In this document: positions 11,032 to 20,560 of the stretch, piece by piece
How the letters are laid out: every line of letters begins with the position of its first letter
How positions within the stretch are numbered: position 1 is the stretch's first letter
From: Candidatus Moanibacter sp.
GTDB lineage: Bacteria; Verrucomicrobiota; Verrucomicrobiia; Opitutales; UBA2987
DNA: 64,000 bases
Direction: 5' to 3'
Assembly (NCBI GenBank): GCA_965215885.1
Contig: CBDCEW010000038.1
Span: 1 to 64,000 of the forward strand
The notes under the pieces: model-generated
The model's database searches: none
The model's input: the letters and a program-made list of their open reading frames with translations, nothing else
Told to the model about the DNA's origin: nothing
Made by a program: the position numbers and the translations under genes

Positions 11032-11998
11032 CCTACCCCAGGAACGCGCGACGGGAACCGACTCTGCCAAGAAAGTCCGAATCGCGCAGCAGTTCGACGG
11101 TGCTCACCACAGGCGATCCGGCTACCCTTATCGATGATATACAATATCTCTGTAGCTGGACCGCTATTGACCCTCGTAGTTCCGCTCAGCACATACGCGT
11201 GAACTTTACTTTTGTAATTTACTTATACTCAATTAGTTGTCGTATCTTTGCTGTGGAGGTATGCGGAAGCATTTCTCCCGCTTGAACCTCGCCACCTTGT
11301 TACAACTAGACCGATTGCTGCTTCCGCTGGCCAGCCTGCGGTGAGCTAGTCGAATCGTCGAAGCAGGCCTGCCCGCTTTCTCCTACGGAGCAAGGTCGGA
11401 AGGGCGAACAGGTTTGGACGATCCTCCCATAGCCTGCACTGAGCCGATTCGAAGCGTCTGCACCGCATGTCCATCGTAGACCCAAGGCGGATTTTGGAGC
11501 GAAATTGGAGCTTAAGGGCTTTCTTTTAAGATTTTTCCCACGGTGGGCTCCGCCCCATACCACTGTTCTTGTCAGTGACCCTCGCTACCATGTTCGAATA
11601 AAGACTGGGTTGGGCTTTTCTCCTTCATTGATCGATCACCGCAAGGAACAGTGGTATGGCTACTGCATCAGTGGGTTAACTCTTTGTAATTTGCTTTCCA
11701 TTTGGAGCTTCCCCATCGTCCTAACGCTTCCGCCTCTGTCAGTCTTTTCCTGCTCCCTGCACCAGGTTTGCTTCGCCCAGATGTAAGATCTTCAAAGAAA
11801 GCACCTTACGATCTAGGTTAACGCCAATACGCTCAGCGGCAGCGAAGTGGGTTCAGGTTCAGCTTTTCTAACACAGGCTGGCAAGAACCAGGGAGGTTCG
11901 GCGAAATCAAGAATTGTGGACTGACCCCAATCTTCCTACGAAAATGACTTGATGTGCGAAACAATCCAAAATGTAATGTCCAAACTCTATAATTCGCT

Positions 11999-12985
11999 AT
12001 GATCTCATCACCGTATTACGCATTTCCCACCAAAGTTCTCGCACAGGCAAACGAACAGTTTCCCCGCCGTGACGAACCGAGCATGGTCGAACTTGCGGAC
12101 GACCATTGCCTCTTCGCCTACGCCAACCACGAGGGTCGGAGCGATAACGACAGATCGAATATAGCGGGCATACGCATTTCACCGGAGGGAGACCCCGTCG
12201 GCGAGGAATGGATTCTCGTCTACGCACCCGAAAACGGTTTCAACGCCATGTCACCGGCTCTGCGGCGTCTACCGGATGGCCGGCTTGGCATGGTCCACAG
12301 TTATCGCATCAGCACCAAGATCGCGGAACGGCATTTTCGCTACTCGGAAGATGAAGGCGCGACCTGGTCGGATCCTGCAATCGTCGCAACCGGCAACTAT
12401 AAGACAGGTCGTCACGACAGTTTCACGATCCTATCGACGGGCCGATTCCTGGCCCCCTGTCACTGCTCGGAAGATTGGGATGAACACCACCTGGATGTTC
12501 GCGTCGGCCGATCGGATGACGCCGGAGAATCCTGGACGCTGTGCGAACCCATTGAATTACCGCGTGTCCGTTGGCCTGACGGATCGGGCAAAGGCTGGAT
12601 AGAATCGGGATGCATTGAACCATTCGCTGTCGAAAGGTCAGATGGAAGCATCCTCATGACCATAAGAACGGCCATGGGCACCCAGTTTTTCAGTGAATCA
12701 GCAGATGGAGGTGAATCATGGTCGTTGCCCAAAAGCATGGAAGTGATCAGTTCGGTCGCTCCTGCCCATCTGACACGGATTCCGGGATCCGATGACCTCC
12801 TTCTGGTCTGGACTTCCAATTTTGATGTTACTCAATCGGGAATGGGCCTGAGGCACACCATTACAGCCTGTGTGAGCTCCGATGGCGGAGGGTCGTGGCC
12901 TCACGATCGGCGGCGCATCCTCGTGCACGACACTCAACAGAGCAACGATTATCCCTTCGTGATGTACAAAGACACGGTATTTTGA
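11999..12985 (+). pseudogene. BNR/Asp-box sialidase-fold protein, 5' part, interrupted by ISAs1 at 12973
   Basis: Asp-boxes SEDEGATW, SDDAGESW, SADGGESW, SSDGGGSW; the frame resumes at 16781 after the duplicated TGTACAAAGA. Confidence 0.88.
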
Positions 12986-12996
12986 TTCTCGGAGCA

Positions 12997-13878
12997 TTAG
13001 GTGATGATATTGATGGCCTTATGTAAGTTAAAGACGAAATCATCACAGAGTGCGGGAGTGGATTCAGCGCCCATGGAAGACTTGAGGCTGAGAACCAGTT
13101 GCCTGCATGCAGCAAGAATTCTGGCTGCGTTATGATTACGGATCATACATCGATCTTCATCGAAGAAGCGATCCCTGGGGTAATGATTTTTATTTTCGAT
13201 CGAGCAATGGTTGCGAATTTTCGAGAGGAACTGTTGAGGGCTCAAATCGGCGGGATCGAGACTGCTTACGTAGTAAGAGCGTTCAGAGGAAGGTTCAGCT
13301 TTGTTTGGATAATGGAAGGTGCGTTGCACACAGGCGAACTGGCGGGCATGGGGCAGGCCGGCAGAGGGAGCGCTTAGAGAATGGGTTGCTATTTGACGTA
13401 TTTCGAGTCGCCCATGGTCATTGTCCACGGTTTGGTGGAGAAAAAGGGGGTGGAGCTGAAGAGATTCTGAGCGTATTGATGCATGTTGGGCTGATTGTCT
13501 TTAATTTGAATAACATAGTCAGCACTGAGTTCTTCGACGACGATGTGGGCAGTTTCTTTTTGATTATGCATGGCGTCGAAGGTGAAGGTGGAGCCGTCCA
13601 AAATGGGCATCTTTCGCAAGAGAGTCTGGGCGGCGGTGATCTCGTTGGATTTATCGGCGGTAGCGACTTGGGCTAAGGTTTGAGCGCTTTGGTGATCGAC
13701 TGCGGCCACCAGGTGCAGAGCCTTTGATTCTTCGGTGTTTGTGCCTTTGAGGGTCTTGCCGTCGACGGCAATATCGCGGGGCAAACAGCCGTCTTGTAAG
13801 CAGATGAATTCGGTGAGGGTTTTATCGAAGAGCTCGGCCTTTACGTTTTGCAAGACCCGATAGAAGACATCATAGCAA
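12997..13878 (-). pseudogene. C-terminal part of ISAs1 transposase (two frames joined by a -1 shift at CCCCCTTTTT, ~13441-13450)
   Basis: IAVDGKTLKG, KSNEITAA, DAMHNQ, IKDNQP, HGRLEIR, RNHCSIENKNH..RD..FDED are ISAs1 motifs. Confidence 0.88.
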
Positions 13879-15786
13879 GACCCCATTCGAAAAGCCTTTC
13901 GAGCGGGCGGTTTAAGGTTCTCCGCCACGGGCGGACCAGCCTATGGCTGGCAGGTTTCGGGTTTTAGGCTGCCGGCGCTGCCGATGAGCAGGTATTGAGC
14001 GGCCATCGGCGTGGCTTGCTGCACAATACGTATATTTGCCGCTGTCTGGAGGCATACTCATCCCGTGGTGCTTTTTTCTCTGAGCTTCAAAGCGGTCAGA
14101 TTCAGGCTGCCTGTTCCAGTTCCTCCCCTCGGCGTTTCTTCATCAGTATGATGCGGCAGAAGTTGTAGGCCAGAACCTTCTCGAGCAGTTCATCGCCTAC
14201 CGCATCGATGCCGCGGCGGCCGAGTTCGCCAAAGGCAAATCCATCTTTAATCGTGAACATCAGCGACTCCACTGCGGAGCGATCGCGGCGTGCCTCGCGA
14301 TACGCCTCGCTCTCCCAGTCCTCGGGGGTGGTCAACTTCTTGCCCTTCGCCCCACTGATACTGATCTGCTTTACCCCCATGCTCAGCACCTCCTTGCGTC
14401 CCTTCGCCGAAGCATATCCGTCATCGGTGCTGACCAGTTCAGCAATGACACCGGTGCGCTTGATCGAATCGCCGATGGCCGGCGCCAGCTCAATGGAGTC
14501 TGCCGCGTTGCCTTGCGGTACGATCAGGCTGGTGACAAAACCGTTTTCGCTGCGAACCAGTTGTGGCTTGTACCCGATCACTGGATTGCGGCTGCCCTTC
14601 TTGATGTAGGCCGCCGATCCGTCCGAGAGGCTCAGGACCTTCTGTGTGGACGGTAGCTTCTTTTCGTGAAACACCCGATCATGAGCATACTCAACAACCC
14701 GCTTGGCGTCGGCAATATCGCCCCTGATCTGGCTCAATGCCCGCTCCAGAAGCTCCCGGCGAGTGGGAGGCAGTGAATCCATCGACAGGCCCTCTTCAAG
14801 ATGGCTCAGTTCCCCCGTTAGCGAGTCGGCCGCCTTGCGGCCCCGCTTGAGCAACCGCCGGTAGTGTTTCTTCAGCTTGCCCTTCGACTTCGGTTTGCCC
14901 GCGGCCAGACAAATCTGAAACTCCAGCTTGTCCATTTCCTCCAGCCAACGCCCAACCCATCCCTTGCGAAAATCCTCCAGCCCGAAGACATGCAACTTCT
15001 GACCCAAACGATTGGCCCGCATCAAAAGACCGCTCAGAATCTTCCCATCGGTGGGCCAGCAGCTGTTTGCTTTCACCGAGGTGCTGTCGATCGTCAGCTT
15101 CCCGAAATCGTCCCATTGCTCCTGGAGGATAAACCCAATCTGTTTATCAAAGATCAACTCGCGGGTCGTATGGCTGACCAGGTTCACGTTCTCCAGAATC
15201 GTCGTCACCGCCGGCATTCTCAGTCCCCCGCTCTGCAAAAATCCGTACAAGCTCATCGACTCGCGCACAAACCGCCGTGCCGGTTTCGTGGTCAACGAAC
15301 CCAGAAACCCTCGAATCATCACGAACACGTATACCGCATAAGCCGGCATCCGCGGCCGGCCTGCCCCAAGATTCAATTCAGCAGCCAGAATATTCTCCTC
15401 CTCGATGTCCAGCTCCGGCAGGTCCGCTGTGCGCCCTTCAAAGAACCTTCGATCTTCCAATCGAAGTTTCTTCTTCTCACGCGCATGGGCGTCCAGATCC
15501 TTCTCGATCGCCTCGATGATTTGCGGCGCGAACCCGGCCAATTCTTCAACTTCATCCAGAAAATCACGGAAATCCGTGTCTGGAACCGGCAGAATGAGGT
15601 TGCTAAGGGGCGTCTTATCGCTTTTGTTCTCCTCTGTCGCACATGTTGGCATGTTTAACTCCTTTCTTAATCTTAAGTTGTTAAACACTAGCATGTTGCG
15701 ACACTTTTTATCAAGCCAAAAAATGATTTTTCTCAAGTTTTTCTTGCGCCTCTTTGCGGCCAATCAGTAGCTTTTCGGATAAGGTC
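13879..15786 (-). mobile_element. ISNCY/IS5-like insertion sequence nested in the ISAs1 transposase gene
   Basis: TIR gaccccattcgaaaag / cttttcggataaggtc; 6-bp TSD TAGCAA (13873-13878, 15787-15792). Confidence 0.88.
14102..15652 (-). CDS. DDE transposase (ISNCY/IS5-like), apparently intact
   Basis: IDSTSVKAN..WPTD, IKKG.RNPVIG, DDGYAS, RSAVES motifs; AAGGAG RBS upstream of MPTCA. Confidence 0.85.
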   Translation of the reverse strand: MPTCATEENKSDKTPLSNLILPVPDTDFRDFLDEVEELAGFAPQIIEAIEKDLDAHAREKKKLRLEDRRFFEGRTADLPELDIEEENILAAELNLGAGRPRMPAYAVYVFVMIRGFLGSLTTKPARRFVRESMSLYGFLQSGGLRMPAVTTILENVNLVSHTTRELIFDKQIGFILQEQWDDFGKLTIDSTSVKANSCWPTDGKILSGLLMRANRLGQKLHVFGLEDFRKGWVGRWLEEMDKLEFQICLAAGKPKSKGKLKKHYRRLLKRGRKAADSLTGELSHLEEGLSMDSLPPTRRELLERALSQIRGDIADAKRVVEYAHDRVFHEKKLPSTQKVLSLSDGSAAYIKKGSRNPVIGYKPQLVRSENGFVTSLIVPQGNAADSIELAPAIGDSIKRTGVIAELVSTDDGYASAKGRKEVLSMGVKQISISGAKGKKLTTPEDWESEAYREARRDRSAVESLMFTIKDGFAFGELGRRGIDAVGDELLEKVLAYNFCRIILMKKRRGEELEQAA

Positions 15787-16685
15787 TAGCAAGGGGCCTT
15801 ATAGCGGCCTGTTTTGGGGTTTTTCCAGGAGCGTAAGGCGCGCAATTGGGCTTGATTGAGATGATGGGCCAGGCGCACGATGCCCTTGAGGGTCTGTTTG
15901 CCGCACATCGTGCCGAGCACAATCATGCTCAGGACCGTGGCGAGCCGATATCTAAGGCCCGCTTTACGACGGAAGTCTTCTATCTGATTGAAGCGTTCCC
16001 ACAGGCTGCTCATCTGTTCCACTTTGAGGCAGACCGCATGGGAGTTATCGGTTTCATTGAGCGCCTGGCTCTGTGCCGCGGGCAATGGCCCTGAAGCGCG
16101 CAAAAGCTCAAGGGCATTAGCCTTGAGGGGTTTGACCCAGATCTGCTTGGGACGCTCATGGCGTTGATAGAAATCTTCGCGTTGGCGGCCATATCCCGCG
16201 CTCAAGCCCAAGGGCGTCCACCCGCTCGCTTCGTAGCAAGTGCCCCGGTGAATCTGTGGGTCCACGAACGTTTCCGCTACTAAGGGACGATAGCCAAAAG
16301 CCTCCTGCCAGTGATCGGCTAAGACTCTCAGGCACATACCCAACGTCTTGGAGGCCAAATTTGCAAGATCCACCCAGGGCAAAATCAGAAAACGCCGGTT
16401 CTGTACTACCAGTTTCAATCGTGCATGCCGTTGCGCCCCGTCCCACCCGATCCATTCGTCTCGATCCTTCAGCCGGTAGGATGCGGCCCCCCACAAGAGC
16501 AGGCCCATCCATTGCCCGTCGATCTGCGCCACATAGCGCAGGGTCTCTCCTGCGCTGCCCGCACTGTGTAAATAATGATGTTGTTTCAATAGATCATTGA
16601 ATCGCTCCTGCTCTTCGGGCAGGACCAGACGCAGAGTTAAACGATCTATCGAAGGATTCAGTTGGTAAGATTTTTTGTCTTTCAT
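15787..16685 (-). pseudogene. N-terminal part of DUF4338 (DruA-like)-ISAs1 transposase fusion
   Basis: HHYL, LRYVA, RDEWIGW, NRRFLILPW, NLASK, ETFVDP, GTCYEASGW (DUF4338), then DFRRKAGLRYRLATVL (DDE_Tnp_1_assoc). Confidence 0.85.
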
Positions 16686-16780
16686 CCCATCTTAACATGA
16701 CTGATTCCCTCGGGTTTGTCTAGCTCTTTTTTTATCTTCTTGCTTATCAGCTAGTTGCTTCCTGGAATCCTTTTACCCTG

Positions 16781-16908
16781 TGTACAAAGACAATGAGGCC
16801 TGGATCGTCTTGCGCCATTCTGAAGGTTCAGGTATTCTATCGAAGGCGGTCTCAAGCATCCTTATGCGCGTCCCGATCGACTGGTTCTACGGAAGCGACG
16901 GGTCCTGA
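16781..16908 (+). pseudogene. 3' end of the interrupted sialidase-fold gene that starts at 11999
   Basis: Reads YKDNEAWIVLRHSEGSGILSKAVSSILMRVPIDWFYGSDGS*; RVPIDWFY parallels RIPIEWF and LPLSWFY in the paralogs. Confidence 0.85.
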
Positions 16909-16990
16909 TCTCATGTGAGACTTCTCTGCCGTACAGCAGAGCGGATTCGCGGGAGGTTCCTAATGAATAATTTTCGTGGGATTTCCCGAA

Positions 16991-17065
16991 GTGGCACAGG
17001 CTTCCAGCCTGTGGAGTAATTAAATGTCTTTCATGACTTCTCCACAGGCTGGAAGCCTGTGCCAC
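16991..17065. repeat. REP-like inverted pair GTGGCACAGGCTTCCAGCCTGTG
   Basis: Perfect inverted 23-mers around a spacer; second copy at 23349-23422. Confidence 0.85.
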
Positions 17066-17081
17066 TTTGCTGCCAGGAGTT

Positions 17082-17960
17082 TCAAACTGTCATGCGGCAG
17101 AATCTGATCCGGCAGCATCCTGTACGCCGGCTGCCACTCAGTGAAATCCGAAAGGCCGCTAAAATAGCACGCGCGTAGCGGCTGTCTGAATGCAGAACGC
17201 CTTCAGGCAAACCGTATGCACATTCCCGGGTCCAGATCCAAACCCTCCACATCAGGCGATTCATGTCCTCATACGGATCGCGTCCGTGAAAAAGCCGGTA
17301 ATTATCGATAATGAAGGCCTCGCCGGAAAGTAGCTTGAACCGCGGGATAATATCGGCCGCCGATTCAACCAGCCTGCGCCAAGTCTTAATCATCTCCGAG
17401 TCCCGTTCAGGATTCGCGCTGTCGTCCATCGGCCGTTGATCCTGATCGCCCGCCATGAGCAGCATCTTTCGACCCTCAGGATTCATCTTCACAATCGTGC
17501 CCATCGAGAGCTGCATTCCCGGTTCGGTCTGATTGACCTGCACTGTGCTAAGCGCATCCGGCAACCATCCGTATTCCGGATCATCCCCGATCAGATCGAG
17601 CAGTGCGTAGCCGTCCACAAGAAAGGATTCTCCCCCGGCCTCACAGTGCCGGGCACAGAGAAGGAGGATATAGTCGGGATACTTTTCACCATAGGAGTAC
17701 CCGTCCGTGTGGGTGTGCGAACGAGTTGCGTTCGAATGTCCCTCCGGTATGCGGTCTTGCTCGCCACCGATGAAGACTCTTGCCGCACTCGGCACCGCAA
17801 GAACGTCGTCGCCGAATACTGCATACGACGCCTTCCGCCCTTCCTCACCATCGAGTCCCAACCCCGTAAATATCGCTGCCCCGTCACTCCTGACAAGAGA
17901 CAACGCTTCCAACGGATCGGCCGTTCGTTTCGGAACAACTCCGACACTGCTTAAGTCCAT
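17082..17960 (-). CDS. TauD/TfdA-family Fe/2OG dioxygenase
   Basis: HTDG motif, GGESFLVDG, IDNYRLFHGR; C-terminus may read into repeat DNA. Confidence 0.8.
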   Translation of the reverse strand: MDLSSVGVVPKRTADPLEALSLVRSDGAAIFTGLGLDGEEGRKASYAVFGDDVLAVPSAARVFIGGEQDRIPEGHSNATRSHTHTDGYSYGEKYPDYILLLCARHCEAGGESFLVDGYALLDLIGDDPEYGWLPDALSTVQVNQTEPGMQLSMGTIVKMNPEGRKMLLMAGDQDQRPMDDSANPERDSEMIKTWRRLVESAADIIPRFKLLSGEAFIIDNYRLFHGRDPYEDMNRLMWRVWIWTRECAYGLPEGVLHSDSRYARAILAAFRISLSGSRRTGCCRIRFCRMTV

Positions 17961-18079
17961 CTCAATTTCTCCTCTGTCAAATCCAGCCGTTTCAACTGCA
18001 TACCGCTTTCAATTCGATGAAAACTTCCCGCAACACTTTGGTCATTAGGACTCTATTTGCCCAGGCTGTTCTCAAAGGT

Positions 18080-18239
18080 GAAACAAACGTCCCCGGACCC
18101 GCCTACACTCTGCCGTACGGCAGAGCTGCGGCGTGGCAAGGGGGCCGCCTGCCTCGGCGCAGTTGCGCTCGCGCAACGAAGACGGGTTCCACCACAAAGA
18201 TCCTTGCTACGGGTGGATCGGGCGCTCCGCGCACGATGA
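18080..18239. repeat. REP-like element carrying two ~40-bp micro-insertions relative to its copy at 58230-58307
   Basis: Shared flanks gaaacaaacgtccccgga, ggggccg and ttccaccac...gcacgatga. Confidence 0.8.
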
Positions 18240-18294
18240 TGATTTAGAAACTCTGCCATCCCGTGCCTGTAGGCCGGGAAAGGGAATAAATAAG

Positions 18295-18555
18295 CTAAAG
18301 CTGGTCAAAAAGCTGGCGCGCCGTCAAACGGAATCGTTCCGCTTCCGTTGGGCTATTTCTTCTGACGATTCGGATGACGATGTACTTCAACACTTCGTAG
18401 AGGAGGTAGAAGACGCGTCGAATCTTGGCATCGCAGTCGTTGGGTCGCGGCCTGCCATACCCACGCCAAAACTCCGGCGTTGATATTCCGCAGTATTCCA
18501 GCACCGCATACTCGATCTCGGGATCGCCCCACAGGGCCCGGTCCCAGTCGATCAA
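18295..18555 (-). pseudogene. C-terminal remnant of an aminoglycoside phosphotransferase/kinase-like (APH) gene
   Basis: GLIDWDRALWGDPEIEYA and FWRGYG motifs; N-terminal lobe absent. Confidence 0.7.
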
Positions 18556-19985
18556 TCCGGCAAGCCGTCCCTGGCTGGATCCATCCTTTGCCGCATCAAC
18601 TCCGGATGATCGGCTCGTGAAATCAATATCTCACGAACTCCCGCCGGATCCACATCTCGAATCGGGGTGTTTTCCCGAATACAGATCGCAGCGGCTGTCC
18701 CGGCCGCCTGTCCCAGGAGGCAACAGGTCGTCATCACCCGCAAGCTGGACCAGGCATGAAAGTCGGCAGAAACACACCTTCCCACCACGAAGAGGTTATC
18801 CAATCCCTGGGCTATGAGCGACCGTAGCGGCACCTGATACGGAGGCACCCAGTGATCGACGTAGTGATTGACCGTATCAATACCGGCGCCTCCAAAGGCC
18901 ACACTATCCTCAAAAACCCTCTGCTGTTTGATGTCGCCGACACTTAGAACATACTCTCCCATAATGCGTGGCCCCTGCCGTAATCCCAACATCGGCGACA
19001 CGCTGTCGATCTTCACGCCCGATTCGAGATTCAGCCCAGCACAACGAACGATCTCTGGAATCAGTGAACGCGTGAACTGTTCCGCCGCATTCAATCCCTC
19101 ACCTGTGGACGTATCAAAACCGTGAACCCTCAGCTTGACCGCCCTTGAGCCATTGGGCAAAAGATGCCCTTTTACGCCTCCAGGGGGAATCCAGATCTTG
19201 CCCCGTCTACACTTCGACACCCAAAAGCAATGATCTTCTTCGTACTTGCTGGCGATATCCGTCCGTTCTTCCTCGGAGAATTCGGCATAGCTGAGCTTTT
19301 CAAATGGCTCCTCACCTTCGGGATACAACTCTGGAAGTACCTCGAGTTTATTGTTCTCACCCAGGAATAACATGAAACCGGCCGGCATCCTCGTGTACTC
19401 CTCCCCTTCGGGAATGACCTGAGCACCCGCATGCCGGCCCAACACCCCATCTCCCGTCGCATCCACGACGATCCTGGCCCGCACTGCCTGGAGCAGGCTC
19501 CGATTGTGAATCACCACCGCATCCACTACCTTCCCCTTCATGACGACGTCGGTCAGCTCCGTGTGATAGAGCAAGTCCACTCCCGCCTTTTCGGCCTGAT
19601 GCTGAAGCACCACAGGAAGAATGTTGTGATCAAAAAGGTTATTGTAATATCGGATGTCCTGACCGCGTGAATTTTCCCTGATATTGAGAAACGCAGGCCA
19701 CCCCTTATCTTCCCCGATGGCTCCCATCCGCCCCATGATCCTGAGTTGCTCATCAAAGACCCTGCCCTGCCCTTCCAGTGGTCCGCCATAGGCCCAGTTG
19801 CACACCCCCCCGATCGTCGCCATTCCGCCTAACTGGGCAAAACGCTCGATCAATAGTGTCCGTGCCCCGCCATGAGCTGCCGCGCAAGCCGCTCCAACCC
19901 CACCCATGCCACCCCCAACCACCACGACATCGTAGTCGGCGATCTCAGGGATCGTTCTCGAATATGCAAAACTGTTCATGGCCAC
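18552..19985 (-). CDS. FAD-dependent oxidoreductase (FAD_oxidored type)
   Basis: DVVVVGGGMGG, LGGMAT, DATGDG, YQVPLRSL, GRCVSAD, SLRVM..C..LGQAAG. Confidence 0.9.
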   Translation of the reverse strand: MAMNSFAYSRTIPEIADYDVVVVGGGMGGVGAACAAAHGGARTLLIERFAQLGGMATIGGVCNWAYGGPLEGQGRVFDEQLRIMGRMGAIGEDKGWPAFLNIRENSRGQDIRYYNNLFDHNILPVVLQHQAEKAGVDLLYHTELTDVVMKGKVVDAVVIHNRSLLQAVRARIVVDATGDGVLGRHAGAQVIPEGEEYTRMPAGFMLFLGENNKLEVLPELYPEGEEPFEKLSYAEFSEEERTDIASKYEEDHCFWVSKCRRGKIWIPPGGVKGHLLPNGSRAVKLRVHGFDTSTGEGLNAAEQFTRSLIPEIVRCAGLNLESGVKIDSVSPMLGLRQGPRIMGEYVLSVGDIKQQRVFEDSVAFGGAGIDTVNHYVDHWVPPYQVPLRSLIAQGLDNLFVVGRCVSADFHAWSSLRVMTTCCLLGQAAGTAAAICIRENTPIRDVDPAGVREILISRADHPELMRQRMDPARDGLPD

Positions 19986-20000
19986 GGACTATTACACCTA

Positions 20001-20160
20001 GAGCCGCCTGCGCAATCACTAGCCTGAGAATCTCACAGGATATCCAGGCGAGAATCGTAAGTGTTTAGCGTTACTTTCGAGAGCCGCCTGCGCAATCACT
20101 AGCCTGAGAATCTCACAGGATATCCAGGCGAGAATCGTAAGTGTTTAGCGTTACTTTCGA
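20001..20160 (+). repeat. Exact 80-bp tandem duplication
   Basis: 20001-20080 is identical to 20081-20160. Confidence 0.95.
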
Positions 20161-20384
20161 TTGCAGGCTGCCCCGGTCTTGTGCCGGGGTGGCGCACGTT
20201 CCTTGCCCCACATCGGTTGCCCCTACCTTCCCCTCCACCCTTCCTCTCTCCACCCATTCGCGTTTCGAATGGGTGGAGAGAGGAAGGGTGGAGGGGTGTG
20301 TGGTGCCGATCGCATATTGTAGTTTCGTAGCGTGCGCCACCCCGGCACAAGACCGGGGCAGCCTCAGACACACTGAACAGGTAC
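20137..20384. repeat. MITE-B nested-palindrome element (copy 2, uninterrupted)
   Basis: gtaagtgtttagcgt ... ctgaacaggtac, with the same ccccggtcttgtgccgggg arms as 3664-5309. Confidence 0.8.
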
Positions 20385-20560
20385 CTGGAATCAGTCGAAC
20401 TCAGAATTCCTAGCATCACCTCTGGAGGAGATTTCATGGTGCCTGTCATTGCGAGGAAGAATGACGAAGCAATCCACATATTCGACCTTCGACCTTCCGA
20501 CTTTCGACTCTTGTCTTCCGACCTTCGACTTTGGACTTTCACTAAATTGCAAATCGGTTT

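Larger units (their letters stand above)
12973..16780 (-). mobile_element. ISAs1-family element encoding a DUF4338-transposase fusion, carrying a nested IS
   Basis: 10-bp TSD TGTACAAAGA (12963-12972 and 16781-16790); ends cacggtattttgattc / gaatccttttaccctg. Confidence 0.9.

Noticed and set aside
11290..11940. Possible IS630-like remnant or ncRNA in the long intergenic region
   Set aside because: Only a faint RSKPGAGSRKRLT resemblance and scattered REP-like words; no clear ends or structure
15787..16685. Complete Druantia defence system
   Set aside because: Only the DUF4338 domain is present, inside an IS; no DruE helicase or other partners
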